A DNA stretch of 63,982 nt, counting the filler, from Asterionella formosa (Eukaryota): assembly GCA_002256025.1 (NCBI GenBank). It is 5 parts of 5 records of this genome, joined end to end, with 100 filler letters (N's around TTAATTAATTAA, not from the genome) between each part and the next. Parts side by side here need not be neighbours in the genome. Positions count along the whole stretch, not along the records: positions 38,467 to 51,181 come from NKIB01007254.1; positions 51,282 to 63,982 come from NKIB01007261.1; 3 more parts are not named here. One strand, 5' to 3'. Of the stretch, positions 48,906 to 62,186 are shown in pieces. The notes beneath the pieces are model-generated. The model was not told the DNA's origin. It did no database searches and saw only the letters and a program-made list of their open reading frames with translations. Each line of letters starts with the position of its first letter. Position 1 is the first letter of the stretch. The translations under genes and the position numbers were made by a program.

Positions 48906-51281
48906 TTAATATATGTAGCAAGTAGCAAAGCGTCGTTCTCAATTTTTGAGGAGATGATTCGTATTTTCGTCATGGTCAAGGTTGCTTGTGACAACATGAT
49001 ACAGGATACTCCAGCTGCTTACCATCACTACCTGTCTACTCTAGTGTTAAATATGTACAAAGGAATTGCAACCTTATAGCTAAATAATTATATACCAGTA
49101 CATACAAGGACCAACATAATTATAGCACAATAAATTGTCTATGACTAGACAAAATTGGGTGCTTGATTCCACATCAGAAAAATATACAGGAAGGGGGGCC
49201 ACGAAGGTCCGGTAGCGCACGTTTAATGCGCAACTTTTCAGTTTTGACACACTCCCAATGGATCATATACTTGCCTGCCGGACGAGATTGGCCAGCTTTC
49301 GATGAAAAAAATTTCCTTAGGTAATTTAGGATACTCTACTCAAAAAATTATGACGATTTGAACACGACTTGGATTTGCTGCCTGATCAACCGATTCAGCA
49401 AACTATCTTCTTGCTTCGGAATACAAATAGGAATCATTCTACGTTCTGACTACATACAACTAGAACTTGAGGTTGAATACAAATAGATTTTCTGAATGAC
49501 CCTTCTGCAAATGAAGAACTATACCTTGTCGGTACATAGTAACTTTTTAGCATGTAACCCCTGAAGCACTTGTTGGTTGTTGGATGAAGTGGGAGCTGAT
49601 GAGGTGCTTGCTTCAACCTATTGATTGGCGATTATTGTTGTTTTCCAAGAATAGCTACATTCAATAGCAGACGACTCTTCACTCATGGCATGACGTTAAT
49701 GTATCTCAAGGTCAATAACAGCTCTGAGGAAAGAGGAGCAAAACATTCCAGTTATCAGAAGAGTAATTGTCATTGAATCAAGCTCATTTTTCCACAATAC
49801 TTTGTATACTATATGTATAGCTTTGTCTACTAGCTTTATCGTGATGAAACTACTTCTAGATGCTGTTTCTACGTCAAAACATACCAGATCTATAATTCCG
49901 AAAAAAAATTAATTGTTACTTCGCAATTTTCAACTTCTTCATCGCTCAGCCAATCTTGGTCACATTTTAGACTTAAGCTAGCCGTATACATTAGCTTACT
50001 CAGCTTGGAATGTGACCAGTATTGGCAGCAGGGAAATGAAGAAAATCGATTTCCAATCAACCCCTCATTTCCTTTCTCTCAATCACAGTGACAAACCGAT
50101 ATTAATTTTGCTGTAAACAATGAAAATAATTTAGAATTCTTTTTACAACCAAAATCAATTCCCCTTTAAGTCACGCATCTAATAAAATCACAACATGTGC
50201 ATTGCATGTATTGTGTGACTGTGGCAGCCAAGGGAATCCTGCATCATGTCATCTCCGCCTTGACCATGATAAAAATAACAAATGTCTCTGTGGAAAATGA
50301 AAACGACGCTATGCTTTTTGATAAAAATGTATGACACGACAATGATAAAACAATCATTAAAAAAACTGTAATAACACTAATATTGACAATGCAAATTGAA
50401 GTCACCAAGAATGGTGCATTTCTTCACATAGTTAAGATTATGTATAATTTTCAAAATGACGAAGCGGCGATAGCCAAGATTTAATATTTTCACATCATGC
50501 AATCTTGTGTAATCTGTAGGGTGAACCAAATTTTGTTTGATTCTCTATTTAACAATATCAATTATTAGTCCATTGATATTTTTAAAATGACTCTCACAAG
50601 TACTGATCCAGTTTTTGACTACATATGACAAGAAATTTGCTGACAATGACTAGATATTGAAGACTACCAATTGAACTTGATAACCATAAATAGAATTTGC
50701 TTACTAAGACTAGAAGTTACTGAGTGATTTGTGAACTTCTTTATAACCAAGCAAGCCACATTCCAGTTCCTGAATACGATTAGTACCTGTTGAAGTAGTT
50801 GAACACGATTTCGATAATCAGAAGACGACTTGCTTGGATTCACGAATAATAATTTGATGACATATAAAATCATTCAAGAGAGTTTGGAATGGAAAGCCAG
50901 CCTTACCAGTAGGCATGGAATGAATCATTCTTGGGAGTGAGTCGAATCCGAAAAAGTGCTCACAGAAGGTGCAGTACCTGGTGAAGTATCTAACTAGAAG
51001 TAGTAGTATTTGTTGAATATATGAGCTTATTTGTTAATCCTTGTGTGTTACTCGTTCTCCAAGTCGACATCAAAGTATACAATGAGGGTTAGTCGAGTTC
51101 TCTCATTATTGAGTTCTTATACATATATGATATAACACTAACCCTATATACATCTGTATTGATGCGCAAGATCGCTCACTCNNNNNNNNNNNNNNNNNNN
51201 NNNNNNNNNNNNNNNNNNNNNNNNNTTAATTAATTAANNNNNNNNNNNNNNNNNNNNNNNNNNNNNNNNNNNNNNNNNNNN

Positions 51282-51362
<81 letters not shown>
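51282..51362 (+). repeat. (GTT)n microsatellite adjoining a gap
   Basis: About 27 units seen directly. Confidence 0.95.
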
Positions 51363-51619
51363 CATTTGATTCCTCAGACAATGAAACTTATTCTGCAGCA
51401 AGGAAACTGGATGACCAGTGGGTTGCAAGCATCACTCCTGCTTATTTTTATCATCGACAACGAAGGGTCGTTGACAATGATAAAAGACATGTTCATTTAA
51501 CAGATATCCCTACAACGACTTCGAAGCATTTTTTTACTTTAAAGTTGCTGGATACAGAAACAAAACGAAGGTGATCACTATTATACTCATTAAGAATTGG
51601 TTAAAGACTATTGATCTTC

Positions 51620-51900
51620 AAGACAGGCCATGATGGCATCTACAAAATAGTTGCAGCTTGCTTTTTTCAAGAAATCCTTTCATCACTGTTTATTTCTCCT
51701 TGTTTGTTGCTGGAAATTTAATTGATAGTGCTGGGCAAGACTTCACAGCATCAAGGAATGTTTGAGTGATTGCATAAACAGATGGACACGAAATGCCATA
51801 GACATCATGATGAATGTCCATGAGTTTTCCACCTGCAAGCCAGTAAAGGCCAATGTCAGGATCAACGTGGGATAAATATGCCAATTTGTGCCATATGAAC
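51620..51900 (-). pseudogene. Second PIF/Harbinger transposase fragment
   Basis: IGLYWLAGGKLMDI...YGIS..SVY.....FLDAV..CPALSIKFP parallels LQWVAGGSYIDVR...FIDAL...GLKIIFP at ~23.9 kb. Confidence 0.7.
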
Positions 51901-52803
51901 TTGAACTTGCATTGGATTTGACAGCAGTAACTGTAATGGGAGATCAAAGTAGTTCCAGTAGGAGGTGATAGAAACCTTGAAGGCACCACAATCACATGGT
52001 ATCTGGTGTACCAGTACCTGTTACCAAGGTACCAGGGGTACCTCGTTCCAACAAGTTGCGTTAATTTTGCTTAAACTAAAAGCTTAGTTTTTTTTATCCC
52101 ATACTAAATTGTTTATTTAAGCAAAATGACGGCAATTTGCAGCTACCATGGATCATAACCATCCGGTACTTGGTACCTGGTACTGGTAGACGACAGCCAA
52201 GTGAAGGACGATACGATGTATTCTTTTCGTACTGGTAGCAGTCATATTTTCAATGATCATACGTACCGGTATGTAAAATAAGCCTCGGCCGGTCGTGTTG
52301 GAGAAGAGAGCGGGACCAAAGGAAGATGCATTCGCCTGCCGTTACGTATACGGTGGTGGGCAGTTAACCATTACACAAGACTCTTTTTAAATTTCGGAAC
52401 CGGTACCGGTACCGCCATTATGCCAGGTACTCCGATTACCGGTAACAGGTAATTACCGGGAGATTACTATCTTTTGAAAGCGTATGATCAGCCCTGCTGA
52501 TCGTACCTGGTATACGTGCTGGAGTACGAATCAGGTCCTACCGGTCCCACCAAGTACCTGGTACTCCGAGTACCAGGTACCTGTACTTGAAACTGATGCA
52601 GTGTAATTTAAAGCATCAAATCCAAACCCAAGCAACAGGCAGGACATCAGATTCTATCTGCAACTCATGTTACTGATAGTAGTAGAGCAAACTGCTTCTT
52701 ACCGACAGTTTGGTGGAGATATGGTATAATAACAGTTTAGTGTCTTAAGCTAGCACGATTAAAGACCTGCCTTCGATAAACATGTTCATTTAAGTTGTTC
52801 CCT

Positions 52804-53850
52804 CTATTGGGATCCTCCCAGAGAAGTAACAAGGCCACCGGTCAAAAACCTCGAGGACGCTGCTTCATGTAATCCATCTTGTTGCAAATTCAGCAACCAA
52901 TCCAACGCTAGTTGGTCCTTTTTCCGTTTCGGTAGTGGGTCTTCGTTGTTTTCTTCGTCCGGCAAATACAAGGAGGATCCCCGACTAGACCAACTGGCAT
53001 CATCCCCTAGAGTGTCTTCTTCGTCCGTCAGTGTTGTGGTACTTCCTCCTGTCAAATGATTAGCCAATCGAATGGATGGAATGCTCAATTGCCGTTCGTC
53101 CAAAGGGATGCTGCGAGGAATGAAGATATTTCCAGCAGCATCCGGAGTAACGCCCACGGTGTTCCCTTCTTTCTCTCGATCCGGTTGGTAGGGAGTAAGG
53201 TGGGAGCCCTGTTTTTGTTGACTATGATAGCAGTGTCGAGAGTTGAAGGAATAAAATTTGTGCAAGAGTGGGACAGGTTTCAAGTCTTCTTCGGCAATGG
53301 TCGCTGGAGTAGTAGTTGATGTATTTGTCATGAGCGAGTTTGGATGCATAATGGAGCTCAAGTTCCCAGCGCTTTTGGTGCGAATATGGTGATCCAAAGC
53401 CAAAGGTCGTCTCTGTAACGAACTAGTAGTGGCGGTAGCAAAGTCCGGCCCGGATGGTAGAGTCAAGTGCTCGCCCTGGAGTGTTCCATCGTCAGGACTA
53501 ACCACCACATGGTAGGGTTCTTCCTCACAAAATCCTGTATTTCGAGTCACAGGCGTCAGTTCCGAGTGGCAATGAATGGTGTTGCGGGTTGCTGCAGGAG
53601 GGGCTCGCGAATGTGTTGGTGACATGGTTCGCGGCGATTCCGCGCGAGGTGCCTCTTGCTTGGGTGACGCGTCCATCAAGGAGGGCGAGGACTTGTTTCG
53701 GGGTATGCTCGTCTTGCCCGACGGAATTGGAGGCGGCGTGTTGGCTCTCCAATTGGGGACCATGATAGGTCGAAAGTGCGGAGGACTGATGCTTCGTCTT
53801 TGATCGCCGCTCAGTCCCGCTTCGATCGTCTCCAGGAGTTCTGGTTCCAT
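52804..53850 (-). CDS. Hypothetical Ser/Pro/Thr-rich, probably disordered protein
   Basis: 348-aa ATG-initiated ORF with gene-like GC content and a short helical C-terminal motif ALDWLLNLQ...EAASSRFL. Confidence 0.7.
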   Translation of the reverse strand: MEPELLETIEAGLSGDQRRSISPPHFRPIMVPNWRANTPPPIPSGKTSIPRNKSSPSLMDASPKQEAPRAESPRTMSPTHSRAPPAATRNTIHCHSELTPVTRNTGFCEEEPYHVVVSPDDGTLQGEHLTLPSGPDFATATTSSLQRRPLALDHHIRTKSAGNLSSIMHPNSLMTNTSTTTPATIAEEDLKPVPLLHKFYSFNSRHCYHSQQKQGSHLTPYQPDREKEGNTVGVTPDAAGNIFIPRSIPLDERQLSIPSIRLANHLTGGSTTTLTDEEDTLGDDASWSSRGSSLYLPDEENNEDPLPKRKKDQLALDWLLNLQQDGLHEAASSRFLTGGLVTSLGGSQ

Positions 53851-54694
53851 TGCGCCTAAATTGTTTCAATGAAATTTAAATTATGCTGTCACTTCTGCGA
53901 TCCCCTACCGTTTCCCTGCGACCTGTTCTGCCGTCTGATAAGTGCACTTGTCGTCTTTGTGGTTGACAGTTGTTGCAATCACTTCATGCAGCGAAGGGAA
54001 GTCTCTGCTTTGAAAAATAGAGTATTTCCTTCGTGAAACACTCTGCTGCACTCGATGGACATTTTGTAACACGAAATTGGCCACTGAAATTTCTTTCCTT
54101 TTTTTGACTTGGACTCGGACACACATCCCTTGCACGACGTGGAAGGCTCGGAGCCCCAGCGAGTCCTGTAAGCAGAAAAAATAGCTACGTATATGGATAT
54201 CATATAAACTCTTTTGAACATTTTGATAAAGTTTCAGTACATACTGTATCATCCGTTGCGCAGTCCTGGCCAACGCTATAGGTCGCGGAATTTTCCAATG
54301 CGCATGAGCAGCGCGTGTGGGACCGAGTCAGTCACGAGTGGTGGAAAGACTTCGGGTGTCAATTTATTGTTCGTACAGTACGGTATGTGTGGCATGTATG
54401 ATATGATTGAGAGTTGATAGGATGGATTCGTACATGCGTAGCTAGCTACACGTAAGTAAAATAATCAAATGATACTACCGGTACCTGGTACTGGTACTGG
54501 TACTACCGGTATCCTTGATGATGTTTTTGTGGATGTGTTCCAAAAGATCTTCCGTTCTTGCCTTCATAATCGGCGTGATAGCAACACACTGCACATTGCT
54601 AACGCACAGCTACTTGTACACCGGTACTGCGGACTGCTGCAACGCAACTCCATTTGCTTACCGGAAGCTACTTGACAGCTCCATCGTTGAAAAC

Positions 54695-57600
54695 ATGATG
54701 CTGTCGTTCCGTGCCACGGCTCGTACTTTTGCTCGTCGCACATCGACGAGAGTCGTCGCCTTTTCCTCTGGTCAACCCTATGATACTCTCACAGTGGGCA
54801 TTCCAAAGGAAACGTTTGAACGGGAAAAGCGTGTGGCTGCCACTCCGGAATCGATTGCCAGACTCAAGGGCTTTCAACGCATCTTGGTAGAAGATGGAGC
54901 TGGTGTGGCTTCGCATTTTAATAATTCAGATTATGAAAGAGCTGGAGCTACCATTGTCCCTCACGACGAAGTATGGAAGAAGAGTGACATTGTATTAAAG
55001 GTGCGTGGCTATTTGTAGACTCAAACACGGCGATTGCACTCTCACGTGGAAGGTACAAGCCGCAGCAGCAGCAGCAGCAACATCAAACACACACTCACCA
55101 CATCCATGACCCTTTACATTCATAGCTTCGACCTCCCACCTTGGAAGAGGCAGCTCTCCTTGAAAATCGAACCCTCATTTCATTTCTATACCCCAAACAA
55201 AACACGGACTTGCTGCAACAACTTCAAAATCAAGGTGCAACCGCCTTTGCCATGGACTGCATCCCTCGTACACTCTCGCGAGGACAAACGTACGATGCCT
55301 TATCGAGCCAAGCAAATATTTCAGGATATCGGGCGGTTTTGGAAGCCGCCAATGAATTTGGAAGATTCTTTGCAGGGCAAATGACCGCTGCTGGAAAAGT
55401 GCCACCTGCCAAAGTACTGGTCATTGGAACAGGAGTGGCGGGATTGGCCGCCATTCAAACAGCCAAAAATATGGGGGCCATTGTCAGGGCATTCGATGTT
55501 AGGCCTGTCACCAAGGAACAAGTGGAAGCCATGGGAGGGCACTTTTTAGAAGTACCCTACCAAGAGGATGGTTCCGGCTCTGGAGGATATGCCAAGGAGA
55601 TGAGCAAGGAATGGCATGCCGCAGCGAGAGCCATGTTGACCAAGCAATGCGAAGAAGTAGATATTATTATCACAACAGCACTCATTCCTGGACGGACTGC
55701 ACCCATTATGGTGACCAACGAGATGGTGGCCAAAATGAAGTCAGGAAGCGTCACGGTTGACCTCGCTGCGGAAGCAGGTGGAAACATTGAGACGACAAAA
55801 CGGGACGAAAAATACATTACCGACAATGGAGTCACATGTATTGGGTACACAGATTTACCCAGTCGCCTTCCGACGACATCATCGTCCTTGTACAGTAACA
55901 ATATTTCCAAATTCTTGCTCAGTGCCGGACCTCAAACGACCAAGGAAGCTGGATACTTCCAAATTGATCATAATGACGAAGCCGTCCGTGGCATGTTGGT
56001 AGTCGAAAACGGCAAACTCATGTACCCCGCACCATTGCCTCCACCACATCCAGCCCAGGAAAAGAAGCAAGACACCCTCCTTGCTCCTATTGTCGTGAAC
56101 TACAAGGCACCATATATTTCGGGTGCCAAAAATGTTGGTTATGCTGCCACGGCGATTTTGGCGTTTGGTGCCATTGCACCAAATCCTGCCTTTTCAAGCA
56201 TGTTTACTACCTTTGCCCTCTCCAACATCATTGGAACCCAAGTGGTGCTGGGAGTTGCACATGCATTGCATTCACCGTTGATGGCAGTCACCAATGCCAT
56301 TTCGGGAACAACGGCCCTAGGTGGCATGCACTTGTTGGCGCATTCCAATAGTGCAGCTGTTTCACTCTTGGGAATCACTGCAACGACCTTATCGACGGTA
56401 AATATCGTTGGTAAGTAATCACATGAGACCCAGTTCCATTTTACTCTTTATGCAAAATATCGACAATCTCACATTCACTTTTTCAGGTGGTTTCATTGTC
56501 ACGACCAAAATGTTGGACATGTTCAAGCGACCCGATGATCCACCTGAGTACTACCACTACTACGGAATCCCTGCCGTAACTACGTTGGGACTATATACAA
56601 TTGGTACCTTGACTGGAAGATTTCCTGAAATTGACGCTGCTGCCGCCACCCTCAGTGGCTTGCTTTGTATTGGAGGTATTGGAGGACTTGCGTCGCAAAA
56701 GACTGCGCGTTTGGGTGCTGTTTCGGGACAGTCCGGTGTTGCTCTTGGTGTTGCTTCGACTCTTGGCTTACTGCATCCCTCTTGGGGAGCTACAGCTGCC
56801 ATTGCTGGGTGCATGGGACTTGGCGGTGCCGCTGGGCATTACATCGGAAATCGTGTCGAGCCCACATCGCTTCCACAGACTGTGGCTGCATTCCACTCAT
56901 TGGTGGGCATTGCCGCATTTACCGCTGCCATTGGTGACTACGTCAACGCGGAAGATGTCACTAAACTGGATGGTGTCCATCTGTCTGCCATCTATTTGGC
57001 ATCTATCATTGGTAGTGTGACTGCTACAGGGTCCTTAGTAGCCTTTGCGAAGCTCGACGGTCGCATGGGGTCCTCTCCGATGCAATTGAAGTATCGGGAT
57101 CAGATCAATGCTGGCCTAGGAGCAGCAACTCTCGGTGCTGGTGCTGTTGTCATGGGTGCCCCTGAACTCGGAGTCGGTGTTGCCGCATTGGGCAGTGCAC
57201 TGACCACGAGTGGGATCATGGGTTGGCACATGACTGCTTCCATTGGTGGTGCGGATATGCCAGTGGTCATAACTGTGTTGAACTCATATTCCGGCTGGGC
57301 GTTGTGCGCCGAAGGTTTCATGCTGGATATGCCACTCTTGACTACTGTTGGTGCATTGATTGGATGCTCTGGAGCGGCGCTCACAAAGATTATGTGTGAT
57401 GCCATGAACCGTAATATCCTTAGTGTCATTCTTGGAGGATTTGGTACCAAGGCATCTGCTGGAGGAGAGGCCATGGTGTTTGAGGGAGAAGCCACTATGA
57501 CCGATGTCGAATCAACAGTCCGATTGTTGGCCGACAGCGAATCGATCATTATTGTGCCAGGATATGGCTTAGCCGTTGCCAAAGGCCAATACCCTCTGAA

Positions 57601-58030
57601 AGACATGGTGGACACGTTGATCAGCCAAGGAAAAAAGGTTCGATTTGCTATTCACCCTGTGGCTGGACGCATGCCTGGCCAGTTGAATGTGTTACTTGCA
57701 GAAGCTGGTGTCCCGTACGATATTGTAGAGGAGATGGAGGAAATCAATGATGACTTTACCGAAACTGATGTCGTTTTGGTGATTGGGGCCAACGATACAG
57801 TGAATTCGGCTGCAGAGGACGACCCCAATTCACAAATTGCTGGCATGCCTGTTCTTCGAGTCTGGAAGGCGAAGCAGGTGATTGTAATGAAGCGAAGTAT
57901 GGCGGCTGGATACGCAGGTGTTGAGAACCCCGTCTTTATTAATGACAATACAGATATGTTATTGGGAGATGCCAAAGCAACTTGCGAGAAGCTTGCAAGT
58001 GGTGTAAGGGAATTATACAATGGAGTGTAA
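54695..58030 (+). CDS. NNT: Mitochondrial proton-translocating NAD(P) transhydrogenase, alpha-beta fused; exons 54695..55000, 55126..56410, 56487..58030
   Basis: GIPKE...[56 protein letters not shown] and VIGANDTVN. Two GT-AG introns restore the frame. Arg-rich presequence. Confidence 0.96.
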
Positions 58031-59062
58031 CCATGCAACGAGTGCATTTTTCTAATTATAGTTAATGCTACATTTGTCAAGATGTGATTTAACGAAATGT
58101 GTTCGTTCCCAGTACCTCCAACAATCAAATTGTATTCATTGCAAGCAATTCTCTTCACATGGCGAAGGATGGTCTAGAATTGTTGTTGAAGGAACTCTCG
58201 TTGGGTACCAGGCACCCTTTGGATTGCTCGAAACCTGTAAACACATCAAGCCTATATACGCCCAATTAGAATCATGCATCACAAATGTGCTGCATGGTTT
58301 ATTGACAATATTCATGCATGAAATATTCCTATCTTTCATATTGCTGCCATAGCTGTAAAGTAGAAAGTTAGCTTTGTTTTCCTCTTCGTAAAAACCGTCT
58401 TTTACCGCAACTCCGTCCCCTGGTCGTCTGCCACAAATTGCTTAGAGCTGCTCTTAGGACTGATCATAGATGCAAAAGTGTAGAAACTCAACATATCGTC
58501 TATTTATACCGGTATATCATTCATGTAACTAAAACCAAGAATGAAAGATAGCCCATGTTACATTTTTTACTTCTCATGTATCACATATGTACATCCGCGA
58601 TCAACACAATATATTAGACTTATGATCATATTTTCTTTTGCCTACTATGTACATACATATATGCACAATTCTTTTGTATGTCACAGTTGAGTGGTTTGTA
58701 CCTGGTACCAGGTACGGTATAGTGTCAGGTACCTTCCAACAGGTACTATAGCACTACTATGATTAGCTATGTAAACTGAATAAATCAAGGGAATATTGCC
58801 CCGTATATATTTAAATTTTCGTTCTTCCCTAGTTGGGCTTCTTGAAGAGTTAACACACAATATTGACTTTGATGAAGAAAAACTTGGAACAAACGGATAT
58901 TCGGGAATGCATTGTGATTTTGGTTTGTGAAAATCACAGATAAATGATGGCGAGGCAATCGAGTTCTCATTTATACCAACGACTTACTCAAATGTTGTTC
59001 GCATAGGCTTATTATTGTGATCCCTTCAATCTCCCTTTCTTCGCTGGTTTCCAACACGTAAC

Positions 59063-61726
59063 ATGATTTTCTCGAGTCTGCAGGTCGTCATTTCTGCCCT
59101 CGTTCTCCACAACGGTGCGACGTTGGCCCATGTGTCTACTCCCTCTGTTGCTGTTGAACCTACTCTAAGTGACGGCGAGCCTCCTCGTCATTATAGCAGT
59201 GCCGCTCTCACAGATCGCACCCTGCATGATGATAGTAGTACATGGGTCAAACCAGTGTGGTGGCGTAGCTACCGAAAGAAATTTGGTAAGCGGCATTTGA
59301 AGAAATGCCTCTTTCTTTCTAATAACGAAATTCCAGTGAACGGCTCCAACTGCCCTGCCCAATTGGACGGTGACTGGTACATGTGTATGTTTGGCAGCGA
59401 TCAGTCATGTGACGCTACCAGTGGACCACTTCCGGGTGCAACGACTGGCCGTGGATTGGGTAGTGTTCATCCTACATTCAGATGCACCTGTCAAACAGAT
59501 CTAGTCTGGAATTGTGGTGATTGGAAACCCTGTGCCACTTCTGTGTATCGATCAAAGTTTGGTGTGCTGGAGGTCGAACTGCCCCTGTTCGATGCGGCGA
59601 TTCTCAAGGGTTACGATTCCATTTCTGAGCTCGATCCAGCTCTCGTAGAGGCTGCAAAATTTGTTGCCATTCAGACCATGAAATCGCAGCAAGGAGTGTC
59701 AGGCGATCTACGTCCGGTGTCGCCAAATGTAGATGGGGGAATCAAAGCTGGTGCCACCTCTAATGTCCCCTCACTGTCGGCATCGGGAAAAACAGCATTT
59801 GAAACAAATAACCAAGAACAAGGAGTGGATGAAGCCGATGCCGTCAAGTCTGACGGAACCTATGTGTATGCTGCCTACGGTGATGTCCTTGTTGTATGGG
59901 ACGCACTTTCTGGAAAAGTCATCACAAATGTAACCATGCCTGTCATCACGGAAACTACCGTTAGTGTTCCCACCGGTGGAAATGCAAAAGTCGATATCCT
60001 CCCTCCTCATGCTGGAATATTGAGACCCATTTTTTATCAACCCAATCCAGCAATTCAATCCCTACTATTGGAATCGAACCGTCTTGTTGTCATTGTGGAC
60101 GGTTATGGTTACACCAAGCGAGCAACACTCAATCTTTCAAGTACTGTCCTCTATGAACTCCTTTCAACTCATGTACGTGTATATGACACTTCTACCCTAT
60201 CTTCGTCAGGAGAACTTACATTTGTCAAATACGTTGACATTAATGGTTCATTTCGGGATGCGAGATCTATTGGTGAAAATATTCACATCGTCACTAGCTC
60301 TACGGTCAACACGTGGGAGTGGTTGTCTGCGCCACTTCAGAAATGGAGTGGCAACTTTGCTCAAAATGTGACTGACGAAGAATACAAGTTACAAGCTGGG
60401 ACTTTGGCTAAGGAGAAATTAATTCCTACTTTTGTCAAGCAGCTCATGACTGATATTACCATGTTTGGTACACCTAAACTTTTTAGAATCAGTTTGTGGG
60501 AGTCCAATTTCAGTGGAACGGAAGACTTCATCTTTAGCGGTGGCGCATTTCAATCCTACACCCAGGTCACTTCATTCGCTGCCACTGACTCTCTACTAAA
60601 TCTTTCTCTCGCCGGTTGTTTTATGCCCACGTCGTGGGGTTACACCTACAGCACTAAAGATATGCTAATTTTTGCAGCTGAAGGGTGGGATTGGTTGCCT
60701 GCAAGGAACGCCACGGGTTCTACAACGTATCTAGTAGGTATGAAGCTAGTAGGAGCAACAGCAACTCCGGCGGTCATTGGTTCATTCCCAGGAAGACTCT
60801 TAAACCAGTACTCCTTGGATGTTTTCGAAGGCCACTTACGAGCAGCAACAAATATACCAACCCTCTGGCAGTGGCCTACATCGACTGCAGGTACCGAGAT
60901 TCTTGTTCCTATACAGGTGCCATCAAGTCAGAATCAAGTTATAATTCTGGAGATCCCTAGCATAGGAGTTGGCGGAACAGGCATGTTCTCTGAAGTTTCC
61001 CGTATCTCAAAGCTAGGAAAAGACGGCGAAACTTTCACCGCTGTCCGCTTTTTCGATAATGTTGCCTATGCAGTCACCTTTGAGAGAACCGATCCCTTTT
61101 ATGTACTCGATCTTGATGTTGTCAACCCTAGAGTTCTTGGTGAGCTGGAAATCACAGGTTTTTCGTCTTACTTGCACTCCATAAATGCCGACAACACCTT
61201 GATTCTCGCAATTGGTGAAGAGGCCGGAAGTGACGGTAGGGTGCTTGGTCTGAAGATATCGCTTTTTGATTCCACAGACCCAGCCAAACCGACACTTGTC
61301 CAGAACTACACGGTGGAACAAGACCAGCTTACATGGTCCTCTAGCGCAGTCACTTGGGACTTCAAGGCGTTTCGATATCTCCCCCTGACCACACCGGAAG
61401 TTGGCATTCTCATTATTCCTGTCCAGGTTTCTGCCCCATATCCCTCCACTGAGGGTAACTTTGATGGTTTCATTGCCTACGACATTAGTCGGCAGGGCAT
61501 CTCGGAGCGAGGCAAAATCGCACACATTGACTCTGGTCGATTCTACGGGTGCTATTCCTATGCCTCGTTGCCAATCCGTAGCCTAGTCTTTAATGGGAAA
61601 GTTACTACTCTTAAAGGGCATTCTGTTATCAGTACCGACTTGGACACTTTTGTGAAGGCCTGGGAGATTCAATTGGATGATGGTATGGCCGAAGGAGGTA
61701 ATGCGCCTTGTTTCTATTGGTTCTAA
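59063..61726 (+). CDS. Secreted beta-propeller-domain protein (PF09826-like) with an N-terminal Cys-rich module
   Basis: TNNQEQGVDEADAVKSDG, GRLLNQYSLD, AVRF..AYAVTFERTDPFYVLDL and LGELEITGFSSYLH. Signal peptide. Intronless. Confidence 0.8.
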   Translation: MIFSSLQVVISALVLHNGATLAHVSTPSVAVEPTLSDGEPPRHYSSAALTDRTLHDDSSTWVKPVWWRSYRKKFGKRHLKKCLFLSNNEIPVNGSNCPAQLDGDWYMCMFGSDQSCDATSGPLPGATTGRGLGSVHPTFRCTCQTDLVWNCGDWKPCATSVYRSKFGVLEVELPLFDAAILKGYDSISELDPALVEAAKFVAIQTMKSQQGVSGDLRPVSPNVDGGIKAGATSNVPSLSASGKTAFETNNQEQGVDEADAVKSDGTYVYAAYGDVLVVWDALSGKVITNVTMPVITETTVSVPTGGNAKVDILPPHAGILRPIFYQPNPAIQSLLLESNRLVVIVDGYGYTKRATLNLSSTVLYELLSTHVRVYDTSTLSSSGELTFVKYVDINGSFRDARSIGENIHIVTSSTVNTWEWLSAPLQKWSGNFAQNVTDEEYKLQAGTLAKEKLIPTFVKQLMTDITMFGTPKLFRISLWESNFSGTEDFIFSGGAFQSYTQVTSFAATDSLLNLSLAGCFMPTSWGYTYSTKDMLIFAAEGWDWLPARNATGSTTYLVGMKLVGATATPAVIGSFPGRLLNQYSLDVFEGHLRAATNIPTLWQWPTSTAGTEILVPIQVPSSQNQVIILEIPSIGVGGTGMFSEVSRISKLGKDGETFTAVRFFDNVAYAVTFERTDPFYVLDLDVVNPRVLGELEITGFSSYLHSINADNTLILAIGEEAGSDGRVLGLKISLFDSTDPAKPTLVQNYTVEQDQLTWSSSAVTWDFKAFRYLPLTTPEVGILIIPVQVSAPYPSTEGNFDGFIAYDISRQGISERGKIAHIDSGRFYGCYSYASLPIRSLVFNGKVTTLKGHSVISTDLDTFVKAWEIQLDDGMAEGGNAPCFYWF

Positions 61727-62186
61727 GCCTTAATAATATTATTATTTATCTATTAAATGTATGTTTACCCGTTTGTTTCAAGTTATAGAGGATGGTGTCA
61801 TCATCGAATCGGGTTGTATCCGATTCGAACATTTGGGGGTGATGTCGGGAATGCAACCCATATGGCATTTTCCAGGATGATAGACTCGCTATCTCTCGCT
61901 TCAGACCGGCAAATATTGGCCAGGTATCACTAAGAAGACTTAACCCTGAATGTGCAAAATGTATAGACAATCTTTCTGACGAGCCAAGGGAGGGCTAGAA
62001 ATCAAGAGCAACAGCGAACAATCGGAACTATTAAGAATTGTCGGCTATTTCAAATACAACGATGTTTTTGCCAACAGTACGTTGAACGAATTCTTGTCAA
62101 TGGACGCATTCGCAACATCGCGTTTGCTCTTTATTTCAAACCAGTCCTTCTGAATCTATTAGCGAGGGGCTTGTTAGGATCACTCG

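Noticed and set aside
51284..51574. Poly-Leu/poly-Thr ORFs
   Set aside because: Translations of the (GTT)n microsatellite.
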